From Bryobacterales bacterium (GTDB lineage: Bacteria > Acidobacteriota > Terriglobia > Bryobacterales > UBA6623): DNA of 64,000 nucleotides. This document shows positions 20,032 through 30,164 of the stretch, in pieces. The stretch spans positions 1,344,001 through 1,408,000 of the forward strand of contig OY729428.2 of NCBI GenBank assembly GCA_963422375.2, written 5' to 3'. Each line of letters begins with the position of its first letter. Positions within the stretch are counted from its first letter, which is position 1. The notes under the pieces are model-generated. The model searched no databases. It worked only from the letters and a program-made list of their open reading frames with translations, and was not told where the DNA came from. Both the position numbers and the translations under genes were made by a program.

Positions 20032-21447
20032 ATGCGGTTCGTTGCCAGCCTGCTGCTCGCGCTTCCGCTGGCGGCCGCCCCGCGGCCGAACGTAGTCCTC
20101 GTGCTGGCCGACGACCAGGGCTGGGGCGAGACCGGCTACAACGGCCATCCGCACGTCAGGACGCCGACCCTTGACGAGATGGCGGCTTCCGGCCTGCGCT
20201 TCGACCGCTTCTACGCTGCCGCGCCCAACTGCTCGCCCACGCGCGCCTCGATCCTCACGGGCCGCCACCCGAACCGGTCCGGCGTGTTCGCGCCGAATCA
20301 TTCGACTCGCCCCGAAGAGATCGGCATCGCCCGGATTCTGCGGGATGCCGGCTACCGCGCGGGCCACTTCGGCAAGTGGCACGTCGGCGCGGTCAAGGCC
20401 GCCTCGCCAACCAATCCGGCCCGCATGGGATACGAGGAGTACCTCGCGCACGACAATTTCTTCGAGCTCGACCCTCCCCTGAGCCGCAACGGCGGCCCTC
20501 CCGAGACCGTGCGCGGAGAAGGCTCGGAGATCTGCGTCGACGCCGCCATCGAGTTCCTCGAGAGGGTTCGCGCGGAGGGACCGGATCCGTTTTTCGTCAC
20601 TCTGTGGTTCGGCTCGCCCCACAGTCCCTACCGGGCGCTGCCGGAGGATCTCGCGCTCTACCCAGACGTGCCCGGGGCCGAGCTGGCCGGCCGCTTCGCC
20701 GAGATTACGGCCATGGATCGTGTGCTCGGTCGATTCCGGCGCTGGCTGCGCGACGCCGCAGTCGCGTCGAACACGCTGCTCTGGTTCGCGTCCGACAACG
20801 GCATCACGGTCGAGGGTATCCCGGAGGAGCAGCGCCCGGGCTTGTACAACGGCGGCTGGCGCGGGCACAAGGGGGCGCTGTACGAGGGCGGGATCCGCGT
20901 TCCGGCCATCGTGGAATGGCCGGCGGCAGTCGGCGCGCCGCGACGGACCTCCGTCCCGTCCGTCACCACGGATATCTTCGTCACCCTGCTCGCGATTCTG
21001 GAGCTTGACCACCCCGACCCGGACCGTCCGCTGGACGGCTTGGATCTGTCCCCGCTGATTCTGGACGGGACCATGAAGCAGCGCCCTCGGCCGGTCGGAT
21101 TCTGGCGCTACGCCAGGCGGTCGGAGACGGGGAACCCGCGCTGGATGCCGGCCGACCTGACCAAGGGCACGACTCCGACCACGCGCAATCCCGGGATCGA
21201 CTTCGTGAACTTCCGGCACCCAGAGCCCCGGACCGCCGACTTCGGAGGCGTCGCGGCGTGGATGGACAACCGCTTCAAGCTGCTTCGCCGGGACAGCGAC
21301 GCGCCGGAACTCTATGACCTGCTCGCGGATCCGTTGGAGCGCACCGACATCGCCGGGGCGTTCCCAAGCCGCGTCGAGGCCATGCTCGGCCAGCTGCAAG
21401 ACTGGCAGCGGTCGGTCGAGCGAAGCTTGGCCGGGCAGGATTACTGA
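20032..21447 (+). CDS. Sulfatase
   Basis: LADDQG, CSPTRASILTG, GKWH, SDNG, KGALYEGGIRVP. Confidence 0.95.
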   Translation: MRFVASLLLALPLAAAPRPNVVLVLADDQGWGETGYNGHPHVRTPTLDEMAASGLRFDRFYAAAPNCSPTRASILTGRHPNRSGVFAPNHSTRPEEIGIARILRDAGYRAGHFGKWHVGAVKAASPTNPARMGYEEYLAHDNFFELDPPLSRNGGPPETVRGEGSEICVDAAIEFLERVRAEGPDPFFVTLWFGSPHSPYRALPEDLALYPDVPGAELAGRFAEITAMDRVLGRFRRWLRDAAVASNTLLWFASDNGITVEGIPEEQRPGLYNGGWRGHKGALYEGGIRVPAIVEWPAAVGAPRRTSVPSVTTDIFVTLLAILELDHPDPDRPLDGLDLSPLILDGTMKQRPRPVGFWRYARRSETGNPRWMPADLTKGTTPTTRNPGIDFVNFRHPEPRTADFGGVAAWMDNRFKLLRRDSDAPELYDLLADPLERTDIAGAFPSRVEAMLGQLQDWQRSVERSLAGQDY

Positions 21448-21531
21448 CTCCCGTCCGACAGGCGGTCGCCGCGGCCGCGACGGCGGTTGCGGCGGGGAAG
21501 CGGCGGCCTGGCCCCGCAGCCGCGCGGCTGG

Positions 21532-22827
21532 TCAGGCGGTCGGCAGGACCCACGGGCGGCGGTACTCCCGCCCGAGCAGGGCGTTGGCTTCCGCGTCGTC
21601 TCCGAAATCCTCGCGGACCGCGTCGAAGCGCAGTTTGCGGTCCGTCCTCCAGGCGATGTTGCCGAGGTGGATCAGCCCGGAAGCGCAGTGACCGATCTCG
21701 ATGTCGCACGCCGGGCGCTTCGAGTCGCGGATCGCGGCCAGCATGTCCAGCTTGTGCCGTGCGTCGTCGTCGGACTTGGCGCTCGCTCCCGCCGTCACCA
21801 CCTCGCCCCGCTCGTCGAAGGCTCGCCAGCTCCCGTTGCCGATGACCACGTAGCCGTTCTCGCCGTAGACCGCCGCGCCCTCGGCCTCGCCGTCCATGGT
21901 GGTCGGCTGCCAGTTGCGCATCTCGTACATCAGCGTCGCGGCCGGGTAGTCCCAAGTCACGACCAGCGTGTCGGGCCATTCCTGCGCGTCGTCGAAGAAG
22001 TGCTTGCCGCCCGAGGCGGCGACCGCGGTCGGCCAGCTCGGCAGGGTCCTGCCCATGGCCTCGAAGGCGGCCGCCAAGCCGCGCCGGGCGTAGTCGACTC
22101 GGTGAACCCCGTCGTTGCCGAGGTCTCCGGTCCCGTAGTCGAAGAACCAACGCCAGCTCCCGTGGAACCGGTTCCGGTTGAAGGGCCGCTTCGGCGCGGG
22201 CCCCAGCCACATGTCGTAGTCAACTCCCGCGGGCGCGGGCTCGTCAGGCGGATAGCCGATGCCCCGCTGTCGCGCGCTCTCCCAGCCCTTGGCGAAGGCG
22301 ACCTTGCCCAGAGCCCCGCTGCGGATATAGGCGCAAGCCTCCTCGTAGTTCCGCCCGCTGCGCGACTGAATTCCGACCTGCACGACCCGGTCGTGCCTGC
22401 GGGCGGCGTCGAGCATCGCCCGGCCCTCGGCGATGTTGTGCCCCGCAGGCTTCTCCACGTACACGTGCTTGCCCGCCTGGCAGGCCAGCACGGTCGGAAT
22501 CGCGTGCCAGTGGGTCGGGGCGCCGATCGCCAGCGCGTCGACGTCCGGATCCTCGAGGACGCGCCGGAAGTCGGTCTCCGTGCCGGGCGGATGGCCTTGG
22601 CGCGCCTCGACCGAAGCAACCGCGTCGTTGAACAGGCGCCGGTCGACGTCGCAGATCGTCTTGACGCGGACGGACGGCAGCTCGGCGAACCCGTGCAGGA
22701 TCTGCCGGCCGCGACCGCGGAAGCCCATCATCGCGATCGTGAAGCGCTCGTTCGGGCTGCCCGCGCCCAGCATCGCCGGCGCGACCGCTCCGGCCGCCGT
22801 CGCCAGGAATGCGCGTCGCGTCTGCAT
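21532..22827 (-). CDS. Gfo/Idh/MocA oxidoreductase, Tat-exported
   Basis: TRRAFL; AGKHVYVEKP; YDMWLGPAP; WRWFFDYGTG. Confidence 0.9.
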   Translation of the reverse strand: MQTRRAFLATAAGAVAPAMLGAGSPNERFTIAMMGFRGRGRQILHGFAELPSVRVKTICDVDRRLFNDAVASVEARQGHPPGTETDFRRVLEDPDVDALAIGAPTHWHAIPTVLACQAGKHVYVEKPAGHNIAEGRAMLDAARRHDRVVQVGIQSRSGRNYEEACAYIRSGALGKVAFAKGWESARQRGIGYPPDEPAPAGVDYDMWLGPAPKRPFNRNRFHGSWRWFFDYGTGDLGNDGVHRVDYARRGLAAAFEAMGRTLPSWPTAVAASGGKHFFDDAQEWPDTLVVTWDYPAATLMYEMRNWQPTTMDGEAEGAAVYGENGYVVIGNGSWRAFDERGEVVTAGASAKSDDDARHKLDMLAAIRDSKRPACDIEIGHCASGLIHLGNIAWRTDRKLRFDAVREDFGDDAEANALLGREYRRPWVLPTA

Positions 22828-22907
22828 CGGCGAGTCTCCGGCTGCCACTGTACCGCGATTCCGCGAACCGCGGCCGCCCTCGCCTCGAGCGCCGAGGCCG
22901 CTCGCTC

Positions 22908-23891
22908 TCACCGGCGCCGGGGGCCGGTCAGTTCCCACCACCTTCCGCCGTCGGTCGTCTTGAGCACTCCGCCCTCGCCGGCGTAGTACAGGGTCGGCGG
23001 GGCGGTCTTGGAGTCGAACACCAAGGCCCACGTCCTGTTCGACCACTGCAGGCCGGCTCGCCTGAAGGTACGCCCGCGGTCGTCGCTGCGGAATACCCCC
23101 TTGGTCGTGCCCGCGAACACTCGATCCGGCTCGGCGGGATCGACCGTCAGGGCGAGAATCCGCTGCAGAAGCGGGGTCTTCGATGAGAGCCAGGTCCAGC
23201 CTCCGTCGGCCGACCTGTGGACGCCGCCCGGATCGGTTGCCGCGTAGACGACCTGCGGATCGGCGGGATTGATCGCGATGGCTCGCACGTCGATGTCGTA
23301 CAGACCGTCGGGATTCGCTTGCCAGGTCTGTCCGGCATCCGTAGTCCTGTAGATGCCGTGCCAGGTGCCTGCGTAGAGCGTCGCGGAATCGTCCGGGTCG
23401 CCGACCAGGCAGCGCAGAGTCTTGTCGATCAGCCCCCGGTTGACCTCGCGCCAGGTCGTGCCGCCGTCCACGGACTTGTAGACACCGCCTCCGTCCGTGC
23501 CGGCATAGACGACGCGACCGTCGGAAGGATCGATCACCAAGCCCCGGATTCTCAGGTTGGAGATGCCGGCGCTGGCCTTGGACCAGGTCCGTCCGGCGTC
23601 GGTGGACCTGTAGACGCCCATCTCGTAGGTGCCCGCGTACAGCATGTCCGGATTCGCCCGGTCGAGGGCGATGGCGCGCGGGGACAGGGCCTCCAGCCCC
23701 GTGGACGGCCAGCCGTCCTTGCCGCCGCTGGTGGTCTTGCAGAGACCCCGCGCGGCCCCGACGTAGATGGTTAGCGGATCGCTGGGGTGCAGGGCGACAG
23801 CCTGCGCCTCGCCTCCGCCCGGGGAGCCCATCTGCGCCAGCGCGGCAGGCGCTGCCAGCGCGAGGGCGACTCCGATCAGCGCGGGCCTCAT
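22908..23891 (-). CDS. Secreted BNR/VPS10-like beta-propeller protein
   Basis: Repeated GVYRSxDGGxTW Asp-boxes; signal peptide. Confidence 0.85.
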   Translation of the reverse strand: MRPALIGVALALAAPAALAQMGSPGGGEAQAVALHPSDPLTIYVGAARGLCKTTSGGKDGWPSTGLEALSPRAIALDRANPDMLYAGTYEMGVYRSTDAGRTWSKASAGISNLRIRGLVIDPSDGRVVYAGTDGGGVYKSVDGGTTWREVNRGLIDKTLRCLVGDPDDSATLYAGTWHGIYRTTDAGQTWQANPDGLYDIDVRAIAINPADPQVVYAATDPGGVHRSADGGWTWLSSKTPLLQRILALTVDPAEPDRVFAGTTKGVFRSDDRGRTFRRAGLQWSNRTWALVFDSKTAPPTLYYAGEGGVLKTTDGGRWWELTGPRRR

Positions 23892-23900
23892 CCTGCGGCC

Positions 23901-25829
23901 CTAGGGCGACTTCCAAGGGAACGCGTAGCGAGGGGCCGACGCGAAGCGCTCCATCCGCACCCGTATCTCGATTCCCGCCCCGGGTTCCAAGTCCACCTGG
24001 AAGTGCGTGCCGTTGACCGTCGTCGTCCGGTCCTCGAGCGCGCCCTCCTCGGGAGGGTAGGAGCCGCGGATCCAGGTGTCTGGGGATCGGTGCGAGACGT
24101 CCACGATGCGATGCTCGCCGTAGGCCCCACCCTGGACGATCACCCGGCGCCGCTCGAAGAGGTTGGTGTTGACCAGTTCGATCCGCGCCGAGTCGGCGCC
24201 GATGCGCGTGACTAGGGCCGCCACGCCTTGCGGCAGGCCCGCCTGCCGCCGGTCCGGGTCGAAGTAGCGTACGTACGAGTGCAGCATCTCACCGCGCTTG
24301 TGCACGGGCAGGCCTGCGATGGTCAGGCGGGCGAGGTTGTCTGTCGGCAGGGGGTCGAGCGCGAGCCAGTGGGCGTCGAACCATGTCTCCGGGTCGCCGT
24401 GCTCGTTGAGGATGCGGGCGAGCTTGCGCTGGACGAAGGCCAGGTCGCGGCGAAAGGCCTCGACCGGGAAGCGCGCGTTCCTCCCCCGCACGAAGAACGC
24501 CCAGCCTAGGTCGGGATCCCGGATGCCGCCGTCGTCCGCCAGTGAGCCGAGGCGCTCGACCTGCTCCCAGTCCGAGTCGGACTGGGACATGTGCCAGAGC
24601 TGCACGTAGGGGTACGCGGATTCCTGCACGAAGTGGTGCCAGCCGCGCTCGGCGTCGTAGCGCGAGGGCACGAGCGCCGCGCCGCCCCTGGTCTCGCCCC
24701 TCGCCCTCATCACGGCCGCTTGGCTCCGCGGCAGGTCCAGCCAATGGAATTGCCCCGTCAGCAGCACCGCGACCTTGGCGGCGGTGAGCGTCGCCAGCAC
24801 GATATCCGTGCCGCCGCGCGGCCACTTCCAGCCGTAGTAGCCGCCCCACCAGTCGCCGCCCGTGTACTCGCCGATCCGACCGCTCTGCCCGACGTTGTCA
24901 GGCGTGATCCCGCCGTTCGCCTCGGTCAGCTCGATCCACTCGCCCAGGTAGTCGGCGACCCAACGGCGGTACCTGTCGTCGCGGGTGTAGAGGTACGCGT
25001 TCGCGATCAGCGGGGCCGCCGTGAGGTTGATCGGCACGTCCCCCTTGGCCATGCGGTCGCTCATGGTTTGCACGATCCGCCCGAACTGGTCGTCTTCGGG
25101 GTGGTCGTTGATCCAGCCGGAGGGGGATTCCACGCCCGGGATGTCGTCGAAGGGCAGGTGGTAGGAGGCTAGGTTCGCGTTCGTCGGAATCCAGTCGCGC
25201 TTGGTCCATTGCATCTTCGGGCCCCGGCTTCCCGTCATCGAGGCGCGCATCAGCCTCCGCTCGGGGTCGTAGTTCGGGGCCTCGGGATCGTCGCCGGTGT
25301 ACATCGCGGCGAATCGGACGGCGCGGTCGCGGAAGACGGCGTCGAACGGGTCCGCCATGCCCATCGGGTAGAGGGAGACGTAGCCCTCGCCGTGATGCAT
25401 CCAGTCCCAGTTGCTGTCGAACTCCCTGTAGATCTGCCCGTAGCGCGTGAACTGCCGCGTGATGCCCTCCCAGACCCGGCGGTGCAGGGTGTCGAGCTCC
25501 TTGGAGCCGCCGAGTACGTGGTGGAGCGAAAAGCCGCGGAAGCCCTCGTAGGCGTCGTCGGAGGAGTTCATGCCTCCTTCGTAGCGCTCCCTCCAGCGGA
25601 GCGTGCCGTCGGGGCGGACGTACGCCCTGTGGAACGCGAGACCCGCTCGATCCATGGTCTCGATCAGGTGGCGCTGCATGACGGCCCAGTCCGGGGCGGG
25701 TCGCGGCAGGTCCGCTCGTACCACCGGGATGGTCTCCGGAGCAGGGCGCTCCGCGACGCTCGGCGATGCCACCAGCGCGACGGCCGCTGCGACCGCCGCC
25801 GCCCGAAGGAACGCAGCCGAACGCATCAC
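23901..25829 (-). CDS. Secreted conserved hypothetical protein (possible alpha/alpha-barrel enzyme)
   Basis: 642-aa ORF with signal peptide; SDDAYE, WDWMHHGEG, ITPDNVG, WWGGYYGW motifs. Confidence 0.7.
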   Translation of the reverse strand: MMRSAAFLRAAAVAAAVALVASPSVAERPAPETIPVVRADLPRPAPDWAVMQRHLIETMDRAGLAFHRAYVRPDGTLRWRERYEGGMNSSDDAYEGFRGFSLHHVLGGSKELDTLHRRVWEGITRQFTRYGQIYREFDSNWDWMHHGEGYVSLYPMGMADPFDAVFRDRAVRFAAMYTGDDPEAPNYDPERRLMRASMTGSRGPKMQWTKRDWIPTNANLASYHLPFDDIPGVESPSGWINDHPEDDQFGRIVQTMSDRMAKGDVPINLTAAPLIANAYLYTRDDRYRRWVADYLGEWIELTEANGGITPDNVGQSGRIGEYTGGDWWGGYYGWKWPRGGTDIVLATLTAAKVAVLLTGQFHWLDLPRSQAAVMRARGETRGGAALVPSRYDAERGWHHFVQESAYPYVQLWHMSQSDSDWEQVERLGSLADDGGIRDPDLGWAFFVRGRNARFPVEAFRRDLAFVQRKLARILNEHGDPETWFDAHWLALDPLPTDNLARLTIAGLPVHKRGEMLHSYVRYFDPDRRQAGLPQGVAALVTRIGADSARIELVNTNLFERRRVIVQGGAYGEHRIVDVSHRSPDTWIRGSYPPEEGALEDRTTTVNGTHFQVDLEPGAGIEIRVRMERFASAPRYAFPWKSP

Positions 25830-26153
25830 GCCGTACTCTCCGCGCCTCTCGGTTCCGCCACCGGCCTTCGAGCGATTGCAACGCCGGGAGCGCCAACGAG
25901 CGCCGCCTGCCCGGCGCCCGGCTGATCACTGGGGGTGGGCCGTCGGACCGCCGCCGTTCTCCTCGGAGCCAAGCCACAGAATATCCGCTCGCCGGCCGCC
26001 GTGGGCCAGTGGAGGGGCGCACCGGCTGATGCTCCGCTTCCGCGAGTCGGCCCGCTCGGCGGCCGGTGTCCGCGGCGAACGCCAATTCAGGGAGACGGCT
26101 CGGATCCCGATGGAGGAGGCGCCTGCGGGCCTGCGCCTCCCCGCTAGGGCGGA

Positions 26154-26558
26154 TCAGCTGACCGGAATCAGGCGAGACGTGTCCGCCGGCTCCTCGCGCG
26201 GCAGCGTCAGCTGGAGGACGCCGTTCTCGTACCGCGCCTTGACCTCGGCGTCGTTGACGTCCTCGGGCAGGCGGAACGACCGCTCGAACTTTCCGCTGGG
26301 CCGCTCGAGACGGTGCCAGCTCGCGTCCTCGCGCCGGTCCGCGCCCTTGCGCTCGGCGCGCACCGTGAGTCTTCCGTCCTCGATGCGGATTTCGATGTCC
26401 TTCTGGTTCAGGCCGGGCAGGTCGCCCGCGAGGACGTAGGCGGAATCGGTCACCGCGATGTCGAAGTCCGGGGCCCAGCGGCCCTCGTCTCCGGCGGCTC
26501 CGAGAATCCTCTCGAAGTCCATCCAAGGGTTGAATGCGTGGTGCTGTAGCAGGGTCAT
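26154..26558 (-). CDS. Small heat shock protein Hsp20/alpha-crystallin
   Basis: DLPGL..DIEI, ERPSGKFERSFRLP, ARYENGVL; AAAGGAG RBS. Confidence 0.93.
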   Translation of the reverse strand: MTLLQHHAFNPWMDFERILGAAGDEGRWAPDFDIAVTDSAYVLAGDLPGLNQKDIEIRIEDGRLTVRAERKGADRREDASWHRLERPSGKFERSFRLPEDVNDAEVKARYENGVLQLTLPREEPADTSRLIPVS

Positions 26559-26595
26559 TGGTGTTGCTCCTTTCTGAAAACCCGCTGATGCCTCC

Positions 26596-26623
26596 ATTGT
26601 ATCCCAGCGGACGGAGATGTCAA
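26596..26623 (-). promoter_or_regulatory. Sigma70-type promoter of hsp20
   Basis: TTGACA-16 nt-TACAAT on minus strand. Confidence 0.7.
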
Positions 26624-26640
26624 GAGCTGACGTCAAAAAA

Positions 26641-26661
26641 TATGAGTAAGTAGCTATCAAT
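26641..26661. promoter_or_regulatory. HAIR-like (HspR) operator candidate
   Basis: TATGAGT-N7-TATCAAT, 9/14 match to CTTGAGT-N7-ACTCAAG, in an AT-rich patch upstream of hsp20. Confidence 0.4.
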
Positions 26662-26923
26662 TTATCTGCATCAGTTGATTGACACCCGGTCAAGCAGACC
26701 GCCGCGCCGAGCCTCCTTCCGGTGAGGTCCTCCTTCCGGGTGTCTCGTCGGGACGCGGCCCCGCGACGGGCCCGCGGCGGTCGGGTCGGACGAGGACTCG
26801 GGAATCGTTCGGCGGTCCGCGCCGAAGTCGCTTCGAGCCGCCCCGGCCGGGGTGCCCGGCTGCCCGGAGCGGACTCCAGGAGCGTGCCCTGGGGTGGTAT
26901 CATCAGCCTCGGAGGTTGGTCAG

Positions 26924-27880
26924 GTGAACCGTAGAAGCTTCCTTGGCAGTACTTTGGCGGGCGCGTCGGGACTGGCGGGCGCTTCGCGCGCCGCGGCTGG
27001 GACGCGGGGATCTGTGCCCACGCGGGTCTTTGGCAAGACAGGGGAAGAGCTCACTGTCATCGGACAGGCCGGGGGGCGCTTCCCGCTCTGTTCCTTCGAG
27101 CAGGCCAAGCGGGTCACGCTGCGGGCGTTCGAACTGGGGATCAACTACTTCGACAACGCCCACAGCTACTGGAACGGGCGGTCGGAGGAGGTCTTCGGCG
27201 AAGTCCTTCCGCAGTTCCGCAAGGACGTGTTCATCACTACGAAGAGCGTGGAGCGGACCCGAGCGGGCGCGGAGGCCGAACTTCATCTCTCCCTGAAGCG
27301 CCTCAAGACGGACTACGTGGATCTCTGGCAGATTCACGCGGTGGGCGAGATGGACGAAGTGGAGCGGATCTTCGCGCCCGGCGGGGCCATCGAGGCCTTC
27401 GAGGCCGCGAAGAAGGCAGGCAAGTGCCGCTTCATTGGCTTCACCGGCCATCGCGACCCCCAGGTGCATCTGGCGATGCTTGAGCGCTACCAGGATTTCG
27501 ACACGATCCTGATGCCGCTGAACGCGGCGGATCCGTCCTACTTGAGCTTCGAGCAGCTGGTGCTCCCCGAAGCGCAGAAGCGAGGCCTCGGAATCCAAGG
27601 GATGAAGAGCCTGGCTAACGCCAAGCTGCTGCAGTCCCTCAGCGTGAGGCAGTGCATCCAGTACGTGCTGAGCCTGCCGATCCACTGCCTGGCCGTGGGC
27701 TGCACGACCCTCGGGCAGATCGAGGACGACGTGCGCGTGGCTCGGGAGTTCGCCCGCTTCGAGCACAGCGAGATGGACGCGCTTCGGAAACGCGTCAAGG
27801 ATCTCGCCGGGGCCGGGCTCGAGGACTGGAAGCGCGACTTGGCGCAGGCCTCGAATAGGCCCGAATACGCAGGGGCGTAG
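26924..27880 (+). CDS. Aldo/keto reductase, Tat-exported
   Basis: NRRSFL; GINYFDNAHSY; SLKRLKTDYVDLWQIH; FIGFTGH. Confidence 0.9.
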   Translation: MNRRSFLGSTLAGASGLAGASRAAAGTRGSVPTRVFGKTGEELTVIGQAGGRFPLCSFEQAKRVTLRAFELGINYFDNAHSYWNGRSEEVFGEVLPQFRKDVFITTKSVERTRAGAEAELHLSLKRLKTDYVDLWQIHAVGEMDEVERIFAPGGAIEAFEAAKKAGKCRFIGFTGHRDPQVHLAMLERYQDFDTILMPLNAADPSYLSFEQLVLPEAQKRGLGIQGMKSLANAKLLQSLSVRQCIQYVLSLPIHCLAVGCTTLGQIEDDVRVAREFARFEHSEMDALRKRVKDLAGAGLEDWKRDLAQASNRPEYAGA

Positions 27881-28049
27881 ACCCGCGGGCGGGGCCGGGC
27901 GCCGTTCCGCCCGGGCCCTGCGGCGATTCGTCGGCTGCGGCGTGCGGACTCCGGCCATCGCGGCGGGGGCCCGGGCCGGTAGCCGGCCGTGTGTGCTCTC
28001 GACGGGTCCGGCCGATCCGGCCCCGCTGTCCTCGGCCTGCGGCGGCCGT

Positions 28050-29888
28050 TCAGCGTCCTTCGGAGGGTTGGTCGGCCGGGTCCCTCAATTCGATCCGAAC
28101 GCGGTTGAGCGCCATCAGGTCCCGGCCGTTCGCGGAGATCACCCGTATCCGCAGTTCCGCCGGTCCCGCCGGCAGCTGCACGCTGCCCAGCTTGTGGGTT
28201 TCGAAGAAGGTCCGGCCGGATGTCGGGCGCACGGTGTCCTTCAATGCTTGGCCCGCCACGCTGATCTCGAACTCGCCGCCCGCGTCCTCGACATCGCATC
28301 CGTAGATCGCGCTGACGTCGTACTCTCCCGACCGGGCGACTGCTACCTTCCACGAAACCGATTCGCCGGCCTCGCCCCACCCCTCGATCGTGTCCCAGTA
28401 GTAGGCGCCGAACGTGTACACGGTGGATTCTTCCACCGGCTGCTCCCCTAGCGGAGCCGGTGCCACCGGGGGCCGGTGATACGGCTGGGTCACGCTAGCG
28501 TGCCGACCTCGGTGGCGCGCCCAGCTGGGCCAGAGGTCGACCGGATTCTCCAAGCGGTCGCCGACCGGCACCGGGACGGGTTCGAACGACCTGCCGGCGG
28601 TCACCGCGGCGAGCCAGCCATCGAACTCCCTGCGCAGCGCGGCGGCAGTCGCCGGCTCCTCGCTGGCAATGTCGCGTGTCTCGCCCGGGTCTGACTGCAG
28701 GTCGTAGAGCTCGGGACCTACCAGCTTGTACCGCAGGCCGGCGATTGACCAGCGGGAGGCCGGGCCGGGGGCGTGCCGGTCCCAGATGTGGACGAGCCGC
28801 TCGTGCGGGCTCTTGTCCGTCTGCCCCGCGAGCAGAGGCAGCAAGCTGCGTCCGTCGAGCTGTCGGTCTGCCGGGGCGCTCGCCCCGGCGATTTCTAGCA
28901 GGGTCGGGAACATGTCCAGATGCGACCCCCGAGCATCGGACTTGCGCCCCGCTTCGAACCTGCCGGGCCAGCGGGCGAAGAACGGAGATCGGATGCCGCC
29001 CTCGTAGACGCTGCCCTTGCCGCCGCGGAGGCCCGCGCGGAAGTGGCGGCTGACCCCGCCGTTGTCGCTCATGAAGAAGACGACGGTCTCGTTGTGCAGG
29101 CCCTCCGAATCGATCGTTTCGAGAAGACGCCCGATAGCCGCGTCGCACTGGTCCATCAGTCCGTAGATCCGGGCGTCCCTGCTGGCCACGCCCTTGGCAC
29201 GGTACCTTTCGTGGAGTTCGTCGGACGCGAATAGCGGGGAATGCGGCACGTTGTACGCTAGGTACAGAAAGAACGGCCGGTCGTCGCGCGAGCGCACGAA
29301 CGTAGATGCCGCGTCGGTGAGCACATCGGTGATATGGCCGCGCACGCGGACTGGGTCCCCGTTCCTCATGAGCGCATCCGGCTCCCAGTACCGTTCCGTG
29401 TGCCCGGCAGTGAAGAAGATCGCTTCGTCGAACCCCCTCTGGTCGGGATGGTACCGGCGGTACTCTCCCAGGTGCCACTTGCCGAACATGCCCGTGCGGT
29501 AGCCCGAGTCGCGCAGCGCCTCCGCGACGGTCTGTTCTCCGGAGTGCAGCGTGTCCCCGCCGAAGCGCGTGTTGTACAGGCCGGTTCGGAGGTAGTGCCG
29601 GCCTGTCATCAGGCCGGCCCGGGTCGGGGCGCAGACCGGCTGGACGTAGAAGCGCGTGAGTTCGACGCTCTCGGAAGCCAGGGCGTCGAGGTTCGGTGTC
29701 TCGATTTCGCGGTTGCCGTGGCTCCCGAGATCCCACCAGCCTTGATCGTCGGTCACGATCAGGACAATGTTCGGCCTGGCCTCGGCGGCCAGCGAAGCTA
29801 CGACGCCGGCAAGCAGCGCCGACGCCCCCAAGAGACACCGGGCCGGTAGGAAGCTCCTCCGCCTTTGAGTGAGAAGAGGCCTGCCCAT
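28050..29888 (-). CDS. Arylsulfatase with C-terminal beta-sandwich domain
   Basis: VTDDQG, CAPTRAGLMTG, GKWHLG, SDNG. Confidence 0.93.
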   Translation of the reverse strand: MGRPLLTQRRRSFLPARCLLGASALLAGVVASLAAEARPNIVLIVTDDQGWWDLGSHGNREIETPNLDALASESVELTRFYVQPVCAPTRAGLMTGRHYLRTGLYNTRFGGDTLHSGEQTVAEALRDSGYRTGMFGKWHLGEYRRYHPDQRGFDEAIFFTAGHTERYWEPDALMRNGDPVRVRGHITDVLTDAASTFVRSRDDRPFFLYLAYNVPHSPLFASDELHERYRAKGVASRDARIYGLMDQCDAAIGRLLETIDSEGLHNETVVFFMSDNGGVSRHFRAGLRGGKGSVYEGGIRSPFFARWPGRFEAGRKSDARGSHLDMFPTLLEIAGASAPADRQLDGRSLLPLLAGQTDKSPHERLVHIWDRHAPGPASRWSIAGLRYKLVGPELYDLQSDPGETRDIASEEPATAAALRREFDGWLAAVTAGRSFEPVPVPVGDRLENPVDLWPSWARHRGRHASVTQPYHRPPVAPAPLGEQPVEESTVYTFGAYYWDTIEGWGEAGESVSWKVAVARSGEYDVSAIYGCDVEDAGGEFEISVAGQALKDTVRPTSGRTFFETHKLGSVQLPAGPAELRIRVISANGRDLMALNRVRIELRDPADQPSEGR

Positions 29889-30164
29889 GGCGGCCCCATC
29901 ATATCCGCGCCCGCCGAATTCCATTCGACAATCGCAGATGACGGGGCTGCCGCGCCGGGGCGGGGGATTGGGGCAGTTTCGGCGTCACCCAACGCGTTCG
30001 GCTTCTCCGTCGTGATCGAGCGTCTCCAAACCAGCCCGGGATGGATCGCCCGGTGGGGCGCGACGGCCTTGTGACATACTCTCCCCCGCATCCGCCCTCG
30101 AGGCATGCACGCGGTCGCGCTCCGGCTAGGTCGAAGCGCGACCGGGAAGGGAAGGCAGCACGTG

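Noticed and set aside
21532..23916. 794-aa ORF as a single fusion protein
   Set aside because: Real Gfo gene starts at 22827 with a Tat signal; the upstream part is an off-frame overlap of the BNR gene
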